IMG/VR virus record: IMGVR_UViG_3300012665_000794
Coordinates: 1 to 55,703 of that record
Origin: a virus
Taxonomy: Duplodnaviria; Caudoviricetes
Reading direction: 5' to 3' (one strand)
Length of the DNA stretch: 55,703 bases
Both the position numbers and the translations under genes were made by a program. Positions 36,952-46,812 of the stretch are shown piece by piece. Under the pieces are notes generated by a model. It worked only from the letters and a program-made list of their open reading frames with translations, did not search any database and was not told the DNA's origin. Position 1 is the first letter of the stretch, and every line of letters starts with the position of its first letter.

Positions 36952-38571
36952 ATGCAAATTAAGAAAGTGACAATTATTGGAGGCGGCAGTTCGGGTTGGA
37001 TGACTGCTGCTGCTTTATCTAAACTGTGCAAACATTTAGAAATTACATTAGTAGAATCTTCTAAGGTAGGAACTGTTGGAGTAGGCGAAAGCACACTAGG
37101 GCACATTAATAAATTTTTAAATCTCTTAGGATTAAAAGACGAAGACTGGATGGCTGCATGTAATGCCACTTATAAAAACTCTATTCGATTTACTAATTTT
37201 AGAGAAAACGACGGCACACATTTTGAATATCCGTTTAGTGCAGGATTGGACTTTACAGATAAACCTCGCGGACTTCAATCTTGGTCAGAACTTGCAACCT
37301 TATACCCAGAAGAATACACCCCAAATACATTTGCAGAATTTTACTGCACAGGAAATACATTTCTTGCCAAATATTCAAAACAATCTAGAAATGAAAAAGG
37401 TATACTAAGAAATTATGAGTTTGCCAACGATACAGCATATCATCTTGATGCTCAGTTGTTTGGCCAATGGTTAAAAGAAAATATTGCATTGCCTAACGGA
37501 GTAAAGCATATTATCAACGATATTCATAGTCATAAAAAAGATCGCCAAGGTAATATTGTTAGTATTTTATGTCAAGATGGTTCAGTATTACCTGAATCGG
37601 ATTTGTGGATTGATTGCACAGGTTTTAAATCTATCCTTTTAGAAGAATGGATGGGACAGCAGTTTCAATCTTTTGACAAATACTTGGCTAATGATCGAGC
37701 ATGGGCTTGTAGATTGCCGTATACTGATAGAGAGCGTCAGATGTTAAATGTCACTGATTGCCATGCTCTTGGTAACGGGTGGGTATGGTATATTCCGTTA
37801 TGGAATCGAATTGGCACAGGATATGTTTACTCTACAAGATTCACAACTCCAGAAGAGGCCAAAAAAGAATTTAGAGAACACATTGCAAAACAGCACGGTC
37901 CTGAAATTGCAGAAAATGCTGACATGTTTGAAATTAATATTAAACATGGAAAACGTCGTAGAGCGTGGGTGCATAATGTTGTAGGTGTTGGCTTGAGCTA
38001 CGGATTTGTTGAGCCCCTTGAATCGACTGGTCTGCTAACCACACACGAAAACGTTATTAAACTTGTCGAAAGCCTAAATAGAAGAAACGGTTATGTTACC
38101 CGAAGCGAAGTTGAAGGTTTTAATTTTGCAGTTGATTACGAAGTTACAAAATTTAGAGATTTCGTTGCACAACACTATGCGTTGTCTATGAGGACAGATA
38201 CACCATATTGGCGTTGGTGCACTCAGTTAAATGAATACTGTCCAGAGATGCAAGGAGATGTGATTTTAAAACAAGCACAATTTGCTAACTTATTAGGTAA
38301 TTTAGCAAACTATCAAGCGTATGTTCCGGACTATGTTGGTAATAATTTTATTGCCGCTGGAATGGGTGTAAAGTCGATATCAACTCCGGAGTTAATTTAT
38401 TACAGCGGAGATAGGATAGATGTTTTACGCAAAGAAGAAGATATTAATTATACTAAACGTAGGTATGAAGAATACAGAGATTTTATAATCGATTATGTAA
38501 AACAATTACCTAGTCATTATCAATTTTTAAAAGATAATATTTACGGCGGCAAGGATGACTACACTCTGTAA
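36952..38571 (+). CDS. Flavin-dependent tryptophan halogenase-family protein 1
   Basis: GGGSSG FAD motif, VGVGEST, ATYK (PrnA K79 position), IDCTGF, WVWYIP and FVEPLESTG. Confidence 0.9.
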   Translation: MQIKKVTIIGGGSSGWMTAAALSKLCKHLEITLVESSKVGTVGVGESTLGHINKFLNLLGLKDEDWMAACNATYKNSIRFTNFRENDGTHFEYPFSAGLDFTDKPRGLQSWSELATLYPEEYTPNTFAEFYCTGNTFLAKYSKQSRNEKGILRNYEFANDTAYHLDAQLFGQWLKENIALPNGVKHIINDIHSHKKDRQGNIVSILCQDGSVLPESDLWIDCTGFKSILLEEWMGQQFQSFDKYLANDRAWACRLPYTDRERQMLNVTDCHALGNGWVWYIPLWNRIGTGYVYSTRFTTPEEAKKEFREHIAKQHGPEIAENADMFEINIKHGKRRRAWVHNVVGVGLSYGFVEPLESTGLLTTHENVIKLVESLNRRNGYVTRSEVEGFNFAVDYEVTKFRDFVAQHYALSMRTDTPYWRWCTQLNEYCPEMQGDVILKQAQFANLLGNLANYQAYVPDYVGNNFIAAGMGVKSISTPELIYYSGDRIDVLRKEEDINYTKRRYEEYRDFIIDYVKQLPSHYQFLKDNIYGGKDDYTL

Positions 38572-39358
38572 GAAATTATTTGGTTGGATGCGAAAAGAGA
38601 AAAAATCTTTTGTAAGATTTTATTCTTTAGAACCCGGTGTGGTTGATATATTCCCTATTATAAATGCTTCTAGTTTAAAAAGAAACTTTATGGCATCTGA
38701 TCAGGTGGGAGATCGTCCAGAGACACTAAGTTCAAAAAATTGTCCAGGAATTCGTAAAATTATTTCTACTGGTTGGATAGTTCCAGCACCTTCTGACTTT
38801 ATCATTCAAACAAACGGTGACGGAGTGAGTATGGAATGGATGGAACCTTATCGATTTAGTAAAGTAAGTCCGGGTAGAGATGCATATGTTTCTTCGCATA
38901 CACGCAGTCAGTCCGAACCTCTACTAGACGATCCAGACAATACACTTAAAACAGTTGTAAAATTAGAAACACCTTGGAGAGTTGAAGCCAGTGATGATAT
39001 AGTATTATTATTCATGCCAGTGACCTATAACAATGAACATAGATTTCAAGCAGCACATGGAATTTTAGATACAAAATATGGTCACGTATTAAACATTCAA
39101 CTTTTTTGGAAAGATATGAATTCAAAAACATTAGTTAGAGCAGGAACACCGTTGGTGCAAATAATACCAATTCCAAGACAAAGCCTTAGTCTAGCTAATT
39201 ATGATGTCGTTATTGACAAATTCCAAGAAGCAGATTTAGAAAAAGAACAGGCATTTAATTATGCAGCTAATTGTGTTTTTCTAAATTCAGACAGTTTGGC
39301 CAATAGATTAACAAGATCTATTTCTATACTTAAAAATTTTAAAAAGGAAAAATTATGA
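38555..39358 (+). CDS. Hypothetical protein, DUF6065-like (dUTPase-like beta fold)
   Basis: CPGI....GWIVPAP.D, GILDT and AGTPLVQIIP. Confidence 0.5.
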   Translation: MTTLCKKLFGWMRKEKKSFVRFYSLEPGVVDIFPIINASSLKRNFMASDQVGDRPETLSSKNCPGIRKIISTGWIVPAPSDFIIQTNGDGVSMEWMEPYRFSKVSPGRDAYVSSHTRSQSEPLLDDPDNTLKTVVKLETPWRVEASDDIVLLFMPVTYNNEHRFQAAHGILDTKYGHVLNIQLFWKDMNSKTLVRAGTPLVQIIPIPRQSLSLANYDVVIDKFQEADLEKEQAFNYAANCVFLNSDSLANRLTRSISILKNFKKEKL

Positions 39359-39603
39359 GTTACTTACAAGTTATGCATACAACATTAGCAAATGTCACTG
39401 CTGAAAAAGCAACCAAAGAAGAAGAATTAAAAAAATTAGAAGAAGAATTTGCCAATGTAAAATTAAATCCTTATGGAATTACTTCTATTGATTTCACTAA
39501 AAGACAAGACCTAGCTACTGACATTTTAAAAATGGAAGGAGTAATTATGGGCATTACATTAGCAATTGAGACCTTTGGAGAAACCCAGAGTGTTACAGCT
39601 TAA
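39355..39603 (+). CDS. Hypothetical coiled-coil protein
   Basis: 82 aa, AGGA SD, ATGA overlap with the upstream stop. Confidence 0.65.
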   Translation: MSYLQVMHTTLANVTAEKATKEEELKKLEEEFANVKLNPYGITSIDFTKRQDLATDILKMEGVIMGITLAIETFGETQSVTA

Positions 39604-40174
39604 TAATGGCGATACATTCTTATTTCCATCGTATATATGGAAATATCAATACGATTTTAATTATGAAAAATTAAAATCAAAAATTGACAATCTATTTTCT
39701 TTAATTGAAATAAATTCTAAATTAGAAAAAGGTAATGCAGTATCTACAGTTTCAGTTGATCAAGAATTGCAACCGCATACCTGGGAAGAACTAGCCAATT
39801 TTCAACAATGGTTAGGAGAGAAGTTTGAATCTATAAAAGATACTTACAAGTTTGTTGAGAGACAATCTGTAGTAACACAATCATGGATTAACAGACACGG
39901 GTATGGCGGAATAACTGAAGAACATAATCATAATTTTTCTACATTTGTTGTTAGTTGTTATTTAAATTGTCCACCGAACTCCGGCAATATAGAGTTTAAA
40001 GATCCCCTAGAATATCATTTTACCAGTTGGCCTATTGAACCAGAAGAAATACTTTATAAAGAAATACCTGTTGCTACTAACGATGTAATAATTTTTCCTG
40101 GATGGTTAAGGCATAGAGTTCAGCCTAGTCAATCTCAAGAAAATAGATACGTAATGACTTTTAATATAAAATGA
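39590..40174 (+). CDS. 2OG-Fe(II) oxygenase, TIGR02466-like
   Basis: GTG start after GGAG. SWIN, HNH, FPGWLRHRV, R...FN. Confidence 0.8.
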   Translation: MLQLNNGDTFLFPSYIWKYQYDFNYEKLKSKIDNLFSLIEINSKLEKGNAVSTVSVDQELQPHTWEELANFQQWLGEKFESIKDTYKFVERQSVVTQSWINRHGYGGITEEHNHNFSTFVVSCYLNCPPNSGNIEFKDPLEYHFTSWPIEPEEILYKEIPVATNDVIIFPGWLRHRVQPSQSQENRYVMTFNIK

Positions 40175-40968
40175 CAGATTTTAAAGTTTGTTATCCCGAT
40201 GCTAATAATTTTGACAAGGTCATTAAGATCAAAAACCTTAACGATTGGAAAACAGAATACGTTCATTTAGAAGATGACATCGGTTATTGGGTAACTGAAT
40301 TACCGTTTGAAGATTCGTTGTTAGACACGTATAAAAATTTAATATCAACATTTCCCATACAAAAAGATAACAGTCACCCAAACAATTTTGATCCAAATCC
40401 GTTTGACACAATACATCTACCAGATTGGATATACAAAGATATTTGTTTCTTAATAAAAGATTTTTACATTCAAAATGTTACCAACAGTATTGTAGACCCG
40501 CAGATACACGAATGGGGTAACTTATACAGAAAAAATATTAATAAACCAATTTCTTGTTGGAGAATACCGCATATTGATTATGTTTACGGACTAGTGGCGA
40601 ATATGTGGTTTACTGATCACGATATAGAAGATAGTTCTACTAAACTTTATAAGTATACAGGTAAAATGCATCGTGAAGTTTATGATTTTCAAATAGACGC
40701 CGATCATAAAATGTATAAAGAATGGGTAGCAATGGCTGAAAATCCTAAAAGAATAGAATGGTTTAACTACCCGGATGAGGAATTAAAACGTTGGGGTTTT
40801 GAATTAGTTGGTGCAGCCCCAACAAAAATAAACACCATGACTATGTATAAAGCAAACATACACCACTCCGCCTATGTTAACAACAATGTAGATTTTAGAT
40901 GGAGTCACGCATTTGCTTTTAGTCATGAATTGGCCAAAGAAACTTTTATGAGAGATATTTTTCTATGA
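40171..40968 (+). CDS. 2OG-Fe(II) oxygenase-like protein (DUF6445-like)
   Basis: PHID...HSA facial triad pattern and a distal Arg. Confidence 0.65.
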   Translation: MTDFKVCYPDANNFDKVIKIKNLNDWKTEYVHLEDDIGYWVTELPFEDSLLDTYKNLISTFPIQKDNSHPNNFDPNPFDTIHLPDWIYKDICFLIKDFYIQNVTNSIVDPQIHEWGNLYRKNINKPISCWRIPHIDYVYGLVANMWFTDHDIEDSSTKLYKYTGKMHREVYDFQIDADHKMYKEWVAMAENPKRIEWFNYPDEELKRWGFELVGAAPTKINTMTMYKANIHHSAYVNNNVDFRWSHAFAFSHELAKETFMRDIFL

Positions 40969-41597
40969 ACTTAGATTATTATTTTCCAACTCCGGTGTGG
41001 TGGGAGCAAACTGAAATAGATAACTTGCCCATCGAAGCACTAGCATATAGACTAAGAAAAGAAGACCCAGTTGGAAGAAAATTAAGTAACCAAGGCGGTT
41101 GGCAAAGTATGGACTTTCGTCCCGGCACCCATTCTGAAGTTGCAGAATTAGAAAAAAGAATAATGGATCAAGCAGCTAACTGTTATAGAGACTACGGGTA
41201 TAAAGAAAACTGTTGCATTATAGTAATGGAAAATATGTGGATTAATATTAACGAAAAAGGATGCACTAACTCGGTTCATATACACGATAACTCTTTTATT
41301 TCTGGAGCATATTATGTCAAAGCAAAAAGAGGTCACGGTAATCTAAATTTTTATAAAAGCTATTATCAAGATTACATTATATCTTCACAGGCAGCAGTTG
41401 ACAAATATACTCCTATCAGTGCTAGTGCTATAACATTTGAACCTTCTTCAGGAAAGTTAATAATGTTTCCAGGATTTTTGCCGCATGGTGTTGAAAGAAA
41501 CGAGTTAGACGAAGATCGAATTAGTATTTCTTTTAACATAAAATTAATTAGGATAGACGATGAACGATATTGGCCAACGGCTTCTCAACGAAACTAA
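40965..41597 (+). CDS. 2OG-Fe(II) oxygenase, TIGR02466-like
   Basis: SNQGGWQS, WININ, HIH, SGAYYV, FPGFLPHGV and RISISFN. Confidence 0.85.
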   Translation: MNLDYYFPTPVWWEQTEIDNLPIEALAYRLRKEDPVGRKLSNQGGWQSMDFRPGTHSEVAELEKRIMDQAANCYRDYGYKENCCIIVMENMWININEKGCTNSVHIHDNSFISGAYYVKAKRGHGNLNFYKSYYQDYIISSQAAVDKYTPISASAITFEPSSGKLIMFPGFLPHGVERNELDEDRISISFNIKLIRIDDERYWPTASQRN

Positions 41598-42279
41598 TTT
41601 ATTAGTAGACGATAAGCCGCATTTTTTTAAGCAGCTGGTCAAAAACCCCGAAGAATATCTCACATGGGCTGATGTAGAAGTTTGTCTTAATAATCCTTAT
41701 CTCTATCAATTTGAAATGATAGATCAATATAATACTAAACTTGATATTCCACAGCATAAAAAAGCATGGATATGGGATAGAGAAATACAAGACAAGGGTT
41801 TTCTTTTTGAAAAGTTTCATCAAGGTGCAGGCTTAGTTATTATGAATTACGGATTCTATAGTCAAAAAACTATGGAGTTATTAAAAATATTTGAGACAAC
41901 CTATCAGGTAAATTCCGCTATCCATGTATACTGCGGATTGCACAATTCTAAATCATTTACTATACATGACGACTATCCTTGCAATTTTATCATACAGGTT
42001 GAAGGAAAAACTAAATGGAAGATTTTTAATAACAGAATATCATATATGTATAGAACAGGTGCAATGAATGGTAGATTAAAAGAAGAAGATCTTGAGATCG
42101 CTATCGAAGTTACGTTGGAACCCGGAGACGCACTTTATATTCCTAGTAGAATGTATCATTGTGCTTACCCAGAAGGTAAACGCTTAAGTATGAGTATACC
42201 GTGTTGGAATAGATTTCCGAACGATCCCACAACTAATTCAGTTGATAGAAATTTTTATAGGATTAATACAGATGTTTAA
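41560..42279 (+). CDS. JmjC/cupin-4 (YcfD/ROX-like) protein hydroxylase
   Basis: SFTIHDD, FIIQVEGKTKW and LEPGDALYIPSRMYH. Confidence 0.8.
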   Translation: MNDIGQRLLNETNLLVDDKPHFFKQLVKNPEEYLTWADVEVCLNNPYLYQFEMIDQYNTKLDIPQHKKAWIWDREIQDKGFLFEKFHQGAGLVIMNYGFYSQKTMELLKIFETTYQVNSAIHVYCGLHNSKSFTIHDDYPCNFIIQVEGKTKWKIFNNRISYMYRTGAMNGRLKEEDLEIAIEVTLEPGDALYIPSRMYHCAYPEGKRLSMSIPCWNRFPNDPTTNSVDRNFYRINTDV

Positions 42280-42853
42280 ACCAATTGAAATATTTGACGT
42301 TGTTGATAAAGAATATCAAAATCAAATTTATAATTATGTCACAGATGTAAAATTCCCCTGGCATTTTTTAGGGGATACTACCTTTGAACATGCAACTAAT
42401 GATCCGCAAACTTCAACTCCTGGTTTTGTAAATTTAATATATCATCCTAATAATGAAACAAATCCGCATGTTGATTTTTTTATGCCTTTATTAAATCAAT
42501 GTTTAGATAAGGCAGGTTTTAAATTAGTTAATCTTTTACGGATGCGTATGGGATTTCTATTAAACACAAAGTATATGTTTCCTAGTTTACCTTACAAACA
42601 TAATAATCCACACAGAGATTTTGATCAAGAACATTATACAATTGTTTATTATGTCAACAAAACAGACGGCGACACTGTGATTTTTAAAGAATTAGAAGAA
42701 TCAGAAAAATATAACGTGCTTCATAAAAGCACTCCCGACAAGGGAAAGATGGTAATGTTTAATGGTTGGCATTATCATGCTAGCACCTGTCCTAAGATGT
42801 TTACTAAAAGAATAGCATTGACTATAAACTTCACAGCAGAAAAAAATGGATAA
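42272..42853 (+). CDS. 2OG-Fe(II) oxygenase (paralogue of 44769)
   Basis: PHRD, YYVN.TDGDT, HAS and R...IN. ATG at 42272 after AGGA. Confidence 0.75.
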   Translation: MFKPIEIFDVVDKEYQNQIYNYVTDVKFPWHFLGDTTFEHATNDPQTSTPGFVNLIYHPNNETNPHVDFFMPLLNQCLDKAGFKLVNLLRMRMGFLLNTKYMFPSLPYKHNNPHRDFDQEHYTIVYYVNKTDGDTVIFKELEESEKYNVLHKSTPDKGKMVMFNGWHYHASTCPKMFTKRIALTINFTAEKNG

Positions 42854-43550
42854 GCACGTAGAGCAACTAAAACAACAAAATTCTCAAAGTGCAGAATTTA
42901 TTAAAAATTCTGGAATTAAAAACAGATACGTGTTTCCATACCTACCTACAATGGTCATCGATAACTTTTACGAGGACCCTGATGTATGGAGAGAATTTGC
43001 ATTACGTCAAGAATATTTTAAAGGTGAAAGAGGCAGCTGGCCCGGATTGCGATCAAAGATGCTACATGAACTTGATGAAAATATATTTCGTGTAACTATG
43101 AGAAAACTGCTAATGGTTGTGCGCCAATACGGTTTTACACACTTTGATGAATTGCAAACAACTTTTCAACACATTGATAACACATACGGTCGAGGCTGGG
43201 TGCATGATGACGATCCAAGATTAAATATAGCTGGTTTAATTTATCTAAACAAAGATGCTCCTTTAGGATCAGGAACTGTGATCTATCAAGATCAAGATGA
43301 TTTTAATGGTGAACAATATTCACAATTGTTTATGGATGATGTATTGTTATCTACTCCTGAAGAACGAGAAACATTTGCAAAGTATAGACAAGAGCAAGTA
43401 GCACATTTTACAAAAAGTATAGAGATTGAAAGTGTTTATAATAGATGTATTATATTTGATCCTAGGAATTGGCATAGTGCTGAAAAATTCTTTGGCGAAA
43501 ACTTTGTTGATTCAAGATTAACACAGGTCTTTTTTATTAGAGCAAGATGA
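42846..43550 (+). CDS. 2OG-Fe(II) oxygenase-like protein (DUF6445-like)
   Basis: VIDNFY..P, WPG.RS, GWVHDD, GLIYL, WHSA and RLTQVFF. Confidence 0.75.
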   Translation: MDKHVEQLKQQNSQSAEFIKNSGIKNRYVFPYLPTMVIDNFYEDPDVWREFALRQEYFKGERGSWPGLRSKMLHELDENIFRVTMRKLLMVVRQYGFTHFDELQTTFQHIDNTYGRGWVHDDDPRLNIAGLIYLNKDAPLGSGTVIYQDQDDFNGEQYSQLFMDDVLLSTPEERETFAKYRQEQVAHFTKSIEIESVYNRCIIFDPRNWHSAEKFFGENFVDSRLTQVFFIRAR

Positions 43551-44158
43551 AAATACCATACACTCCGATTAAAGTTATAGATATATTTTTAGAATCTCCA
43601 GAATTATGGAGAGAGTTTGCATTGAGTCAAGAATATTATAGAGAAGATTCTTCTCCGTGGCCTGGACAAAAGTCACAATTACTGTCAGAGATTAATCCAG
43701 ACTTGTTTTCTTCATTTGCCAGCAAACTAATAAAGCATTGCCACGGCGGCTCTGGATTTTCGCATTTAGAAGTTTCGTTTTCGTTAATTGACGAGACTTA
43801 TAAACAAGGCTGGCTACATCAAGACGAGCCTCATTATAACATTGCAGGATTAATTTACTTAAACCCAACCCCAGCACCTAATTCCGGCACCAGTTTTTAT
43901 CGTATGACCAATCCTGCACAGGAGACGTTTAGTCATTTGCTTGAAGAAGAATTTTCAACTCCAGCAGAAAGTAGAAAAGATTATACAGCAGATAAACTAC
44001 GACAAAAAAGTTATTTTAAAAAAACTATGACTGTAGAAAATGAATTTAATAGATGTATAATGTTTCATCCTAACGAATGGCACGGTGCTGATAACTTTTT
44101 TGGAACTTCAAAAGAAGATTCGCGTTTAACTATAACATTTTTTGGAATATGGAAATAA
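43547..44158 (+). CDS. 2OG-Fe(II) oxygenase-like protein (tandem paralogue of 42846)
   Basis: GWLHQD, GLIYL, WHGA and RLTITFF. Confidence 0.75.
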   Translation: MKIPYTPIKVIDIFLESPELWREFALSQEYYREDSSPWPGQKSQLLSEINPDLFSSFASKLIKHCHGGSGFSHLEVSFSLIDETYKQGWLHQDEPHYNIAGLIYLNPTPAPNSGTSFYRMTNPAQETFSHLLEEEFSTPAESRKDYTADKLRQKSYFKKTMTVENEFNRCIMFHPNEWHGADNFFGTSKEDSRLTITFFGIWK

Positions 44159-44772
44159 CAACACTGTTTGGAAATTTTGCAAATTACGGGTTTGTTAAAG
44201 CCCGTATTCCTGACGAGCTATTACTTAACCTAACAAAAGAAATCAACGAGCTAGACTATCAAACAGCTACGCCTTTTAATAATAACCTAGCTGGAAATAT
44301 AACGTTAGAATTTAAATTAGAAAAAAATAAAGATCAGCTAGAACAGTTTTTAATTGAACAATGCCAAGCATACACTAAGAATTGGAATATTACCTATACA
44401 ACTAAAGATTTAAGATCAGACGATTTAGAACTTTATAGTCATTGGGTTAATATTCAATATAAAAACGAATTTAATCCTATGCATAGTCATGACGGTGTGT
44501 TTAGTTTTGCTCTATGGATAAAAGTCCCATATCTAATAGGCGACGAGATTGCTAGACAAAACTGTAAAAATTCAAATGCCCCTAGAGCAGGAATGTTTTC
44601 GTTTATATACACTAATATATTTGGTGAAATTAGAGAAGCAGAGTTTCCCGTGGATAACAGCTACGAAGGTTATGTGTTTATTTTTCCTAGTTCTTTACAG
44701 CATACAGTATATCCTTTTTCTACTTCTGACGAACCAAGAATATCTATTTCAGGAAATTTAAAAAGAAAATGA
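44149..44772 (+). CDS. 2OG-Fe(II) oxygenase, TIGR02466-like
   Basis: WVN....EFNPMHSH, FPSSLQHTVYPF and RISISGN. Confidence 0.8.
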   Translation: MEITTLFGNFANYGFVKARIPDELLLNLTKEINELDYQTATPFNNNLAGNITLEFKLEKNKDQLEQFLIEQCQAYTKNWNITYTTKDLRSDDLELYSHWVNIQYKNEFNPMHSHDGVFSFALWIKVPYLIGDEIARQNCKNSNAPRAGMFSFIYTNIFGEIREAEFPVDNSYEGYVFIFPSSLQHTVYPFSTSDEPRISISGNLKRK

Positions 44773-45374
44773 GCGATATTATTGAAATTGAAAATTTTAT
44801 ACCCATAGACTATCAACGTCACATTGAAACAGTAATGACTGGTATGGAATTTCCTTGGGTGTTTAACAAAAATATGGTTTCTGGTGACGATGTATTCTTA
44901 GACAACGATAATAACCATGCTGGATTTAACCATTTTTTCTACGAACATCAAACAACTCAGAGTAACTTCTTTCAGTTATTCTATCCACTGGTGCTTAGTA
45001 TTACTAGTAAAGTAAACATTCCGTTTGATATGTTAATCAGGATGCGAGCTAATATGACCTTAGCCAACCCCGAATCAAAATTAGATTGGCATATGCCTCA
45101 TATCGACAGTTTTATGCCACACTATAATGCAATTTATTATGTCAATGACACAGACGGCGACACTGTGATTTTTAATGAAACCAACAATGAGTATGATTCA
45201 GGCCAACAAGATATTACAACTATCAAGAACAATGAATTTACTGTAAAACAACGAATAACACCTCAAAGAGGAAAGCTATTAGTATTTCCTGGAAAATATT
45301 ATCATAGTTCTAGTCCAGTAAGGAATCACAAATATCGTTGTGTGATTAATATGAACTTAGGAAAAGTTCTGTGA
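44769..45374 (+). CDS. 2OG-Fe(II) oxygenase
   Basis: PHID, YYVNDTDGDT, YYHSS and RCVIN. Confidence 0.75.
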   Translation: MSDIIEIENFIPIDYQRHIETVMTGMEFPWVFNKNMVSGDDVFLDNDNNHAGFNHFFYEHQTTQSNFFQLFYPLVLSITSKVNIPFDMLIRMRANMTLANPESKLDWHMPHIDSFMPHYNAIYYVNDTDGDTVIFNETNNEYDSGQQDITTIKNNEFTVKQRITPQRGKLLVFPGKYYHSSSPVRNHKYRCVINMNLGKVL

Positions 45375-45982
45375 ATGATATAAAATTAAATTATCAAATG
45401 CCACAAAGGCATCGGTTTAACAACGATGCTGATCAATATATTGTGCGTCAATGTGATTTTATTGCAGATAATTTAACAGATATTTTTGAAGATCTTAGAG
45501 TAGCACATGAAAATTTTAAACGATTGTTTCCTAACGAAGATTCTACTTGGTCATATTCTAAGTATAACATATTTGCATTAACCGCTCCTTCGACTAATTT
45601 TTATAAAATATTTTCTGAATTGCGAAACGTTGTTAGATCACAACTGGGTTGGGATAGACCCCTGTGGATTGAAGCATGGTTAAATTACCACACTGCTGAC
45701 CAGGTGTTAGATTGGCATCATCATGAATTTGATTACCACGGATATATTTCAATAGATCCAAAAAATACAAAAACTATTTTTGAAAATTATGAAATTGTAA
45801 ATAAACCAGGACAAATATATTTTGGACCCGGAAACAGACTACATAAAGTTGAAATACTAGAGCCGTTTGAAGGTGTAAGAACTACTATTGGCTATGACAT
45901 ACACACTGTTCCTAACAGTCCTATTATAACTAACTATATCGAACGTCCATTTGTAAACATGAGTTTAATTCCATTACCATGA
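45371..45982 (+). CDS. 2OG-Fe(II) oxygenase-like protein
   Basis: AWLN....LDWHHH, HKV and RTTIGYD. GTGA overlap. Confidence 0.6.
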   Translation: MNDIKLNYQMPQRHRFNNDADQYIVRQCDFIADNLTDIFEDLRVAHENFKRLFPNEDSTWSYSKYNIFALTAPSTNFYKIFSELRNVVRSQLGWDRPLWIEAWLNYHTADQVLDWHHHEFDYHGYISIDPKNTKTIFENYEIVNKPGQIYFGPGNRLHKVEILEPFEGVRTTIGYDIHTVPNSPIITNYIERPFVNMSLIPLP

Positions 45983-46611
45983 ATAAAGATTACATAATAA
46001 TAAAAAATGCAGTAGACGCAAACTTATGCAAGTTTCTTGCACTAGAATTTGAAATGATGGAAGCTGTATGTAAACACATATATCCCGGTGAAAGTTTAGC
46101 TGATCTCTGCGAAAATACCTTTGCCAGATATAGTCCGTTAATGATGGAAGCATTGAGTGTTTGGCTGCAACCAGTAATTGAAGAAGCAGTAGATATGAAA
46201 TTATATCCTACATACTCATATGCTAGAATATATTACAAAGGCAGCGAACTACAGAAACACGTTGATAGGGAAACCTCAGAAGTGACAGTATCTGTGTGTT
46301 TACAAAAAGATGTTGATTGGCCGTTGTATGTTAAAAATTCAGAAGGAGTTGTTCACCAACTAGATCTAGAAGTTGGAGATATTGCAATTTACTCTGGAAG
46401 AAAACACGAACACTGGAGGGATCCGTTACCTAGTGAAAAACAAATACTAGCATTTTTGCAATATGTTGATGTTAACGGACCTAGTTCTTGGTTAAAGTGG
46501 GATACTAGACCATTATTAGGAATGCCGTTTGAATCGGCAGACTTTAGGGTCCAAGATGAAATCAAAAGAATAGCCAGTGTAAGAGACTGGCTCAAAAACA
46601 CTGGCTTATAA
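45979..46611 (+). CDS. 2OG-Fe(II) oxygenase
   Basis: LYPTYSYARIY, KHVDR, EHWR and FLQYV. Confidence 0.8.
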   Translation: MNKDYIIIKNAVDANLCKFLALEFEMMEAVCKHIYPGESLADLCENTFARYSPLMMEALSVWLQPVIEEAVDMKLYPTYSYARIYYKGSELQKHVDRETSEVTVSVCLQKDVDWPLYVKNSEGVVHQLDLEVGDIAIYSGRKHEHWRDPLPSEKQILAFLQYVDVNGPSSWLKWDTRPLLGMPFESADFRVQDEIKRIASVRDWLKNTGL

Positions 46612-46613
46612 AT

Positions 46614-46784
46614 TTAGCTTGGGTTTTCTACTTTCATTGGCCCAGCAACAGTGCGTCCGCTGCCGTGGCGTTCTTCAAAAATTTTCTGAGCTTCATCTCT
46701 AGATTTAGCTTCACAAAAATCTTCTTCAACTGCCAGCGTTCCTGCTGGTTCTGCTTTTCTTAAAATCATTTTATAGGTTGGCAT
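46614..46784 (-). CDS. Small hypothetical protein (56 aa)
   Basis: ATG at 46784 with AAGGAG SD (46791-46796) and its own promoter-like motif. Confidence 0.7.
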   Translation of the reverse strand: MPTYKMILRKAEPAGTLAVEEDFCEAKSRDEAQKIFEERHGSGRTVAGPMKVENPS

Positions 46785-46804
46785 TATAATCTCCTTACAG
46801 TATA

Positions 46805-46812
46805 TATTTATG
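46805..46812 (-). promoter_or_regulatory. Late promoter-like motif CATAAATA
   Basis: Overlaps the halogenase stop codon, 20 nt upstream of the small gene. Confidence 0.5.

Noticed and set aside
36861-37169. 102-aa minus-strand ORF
   Set aside because: Antisense to halogenase 1 and runs through its promoter and the terminator.
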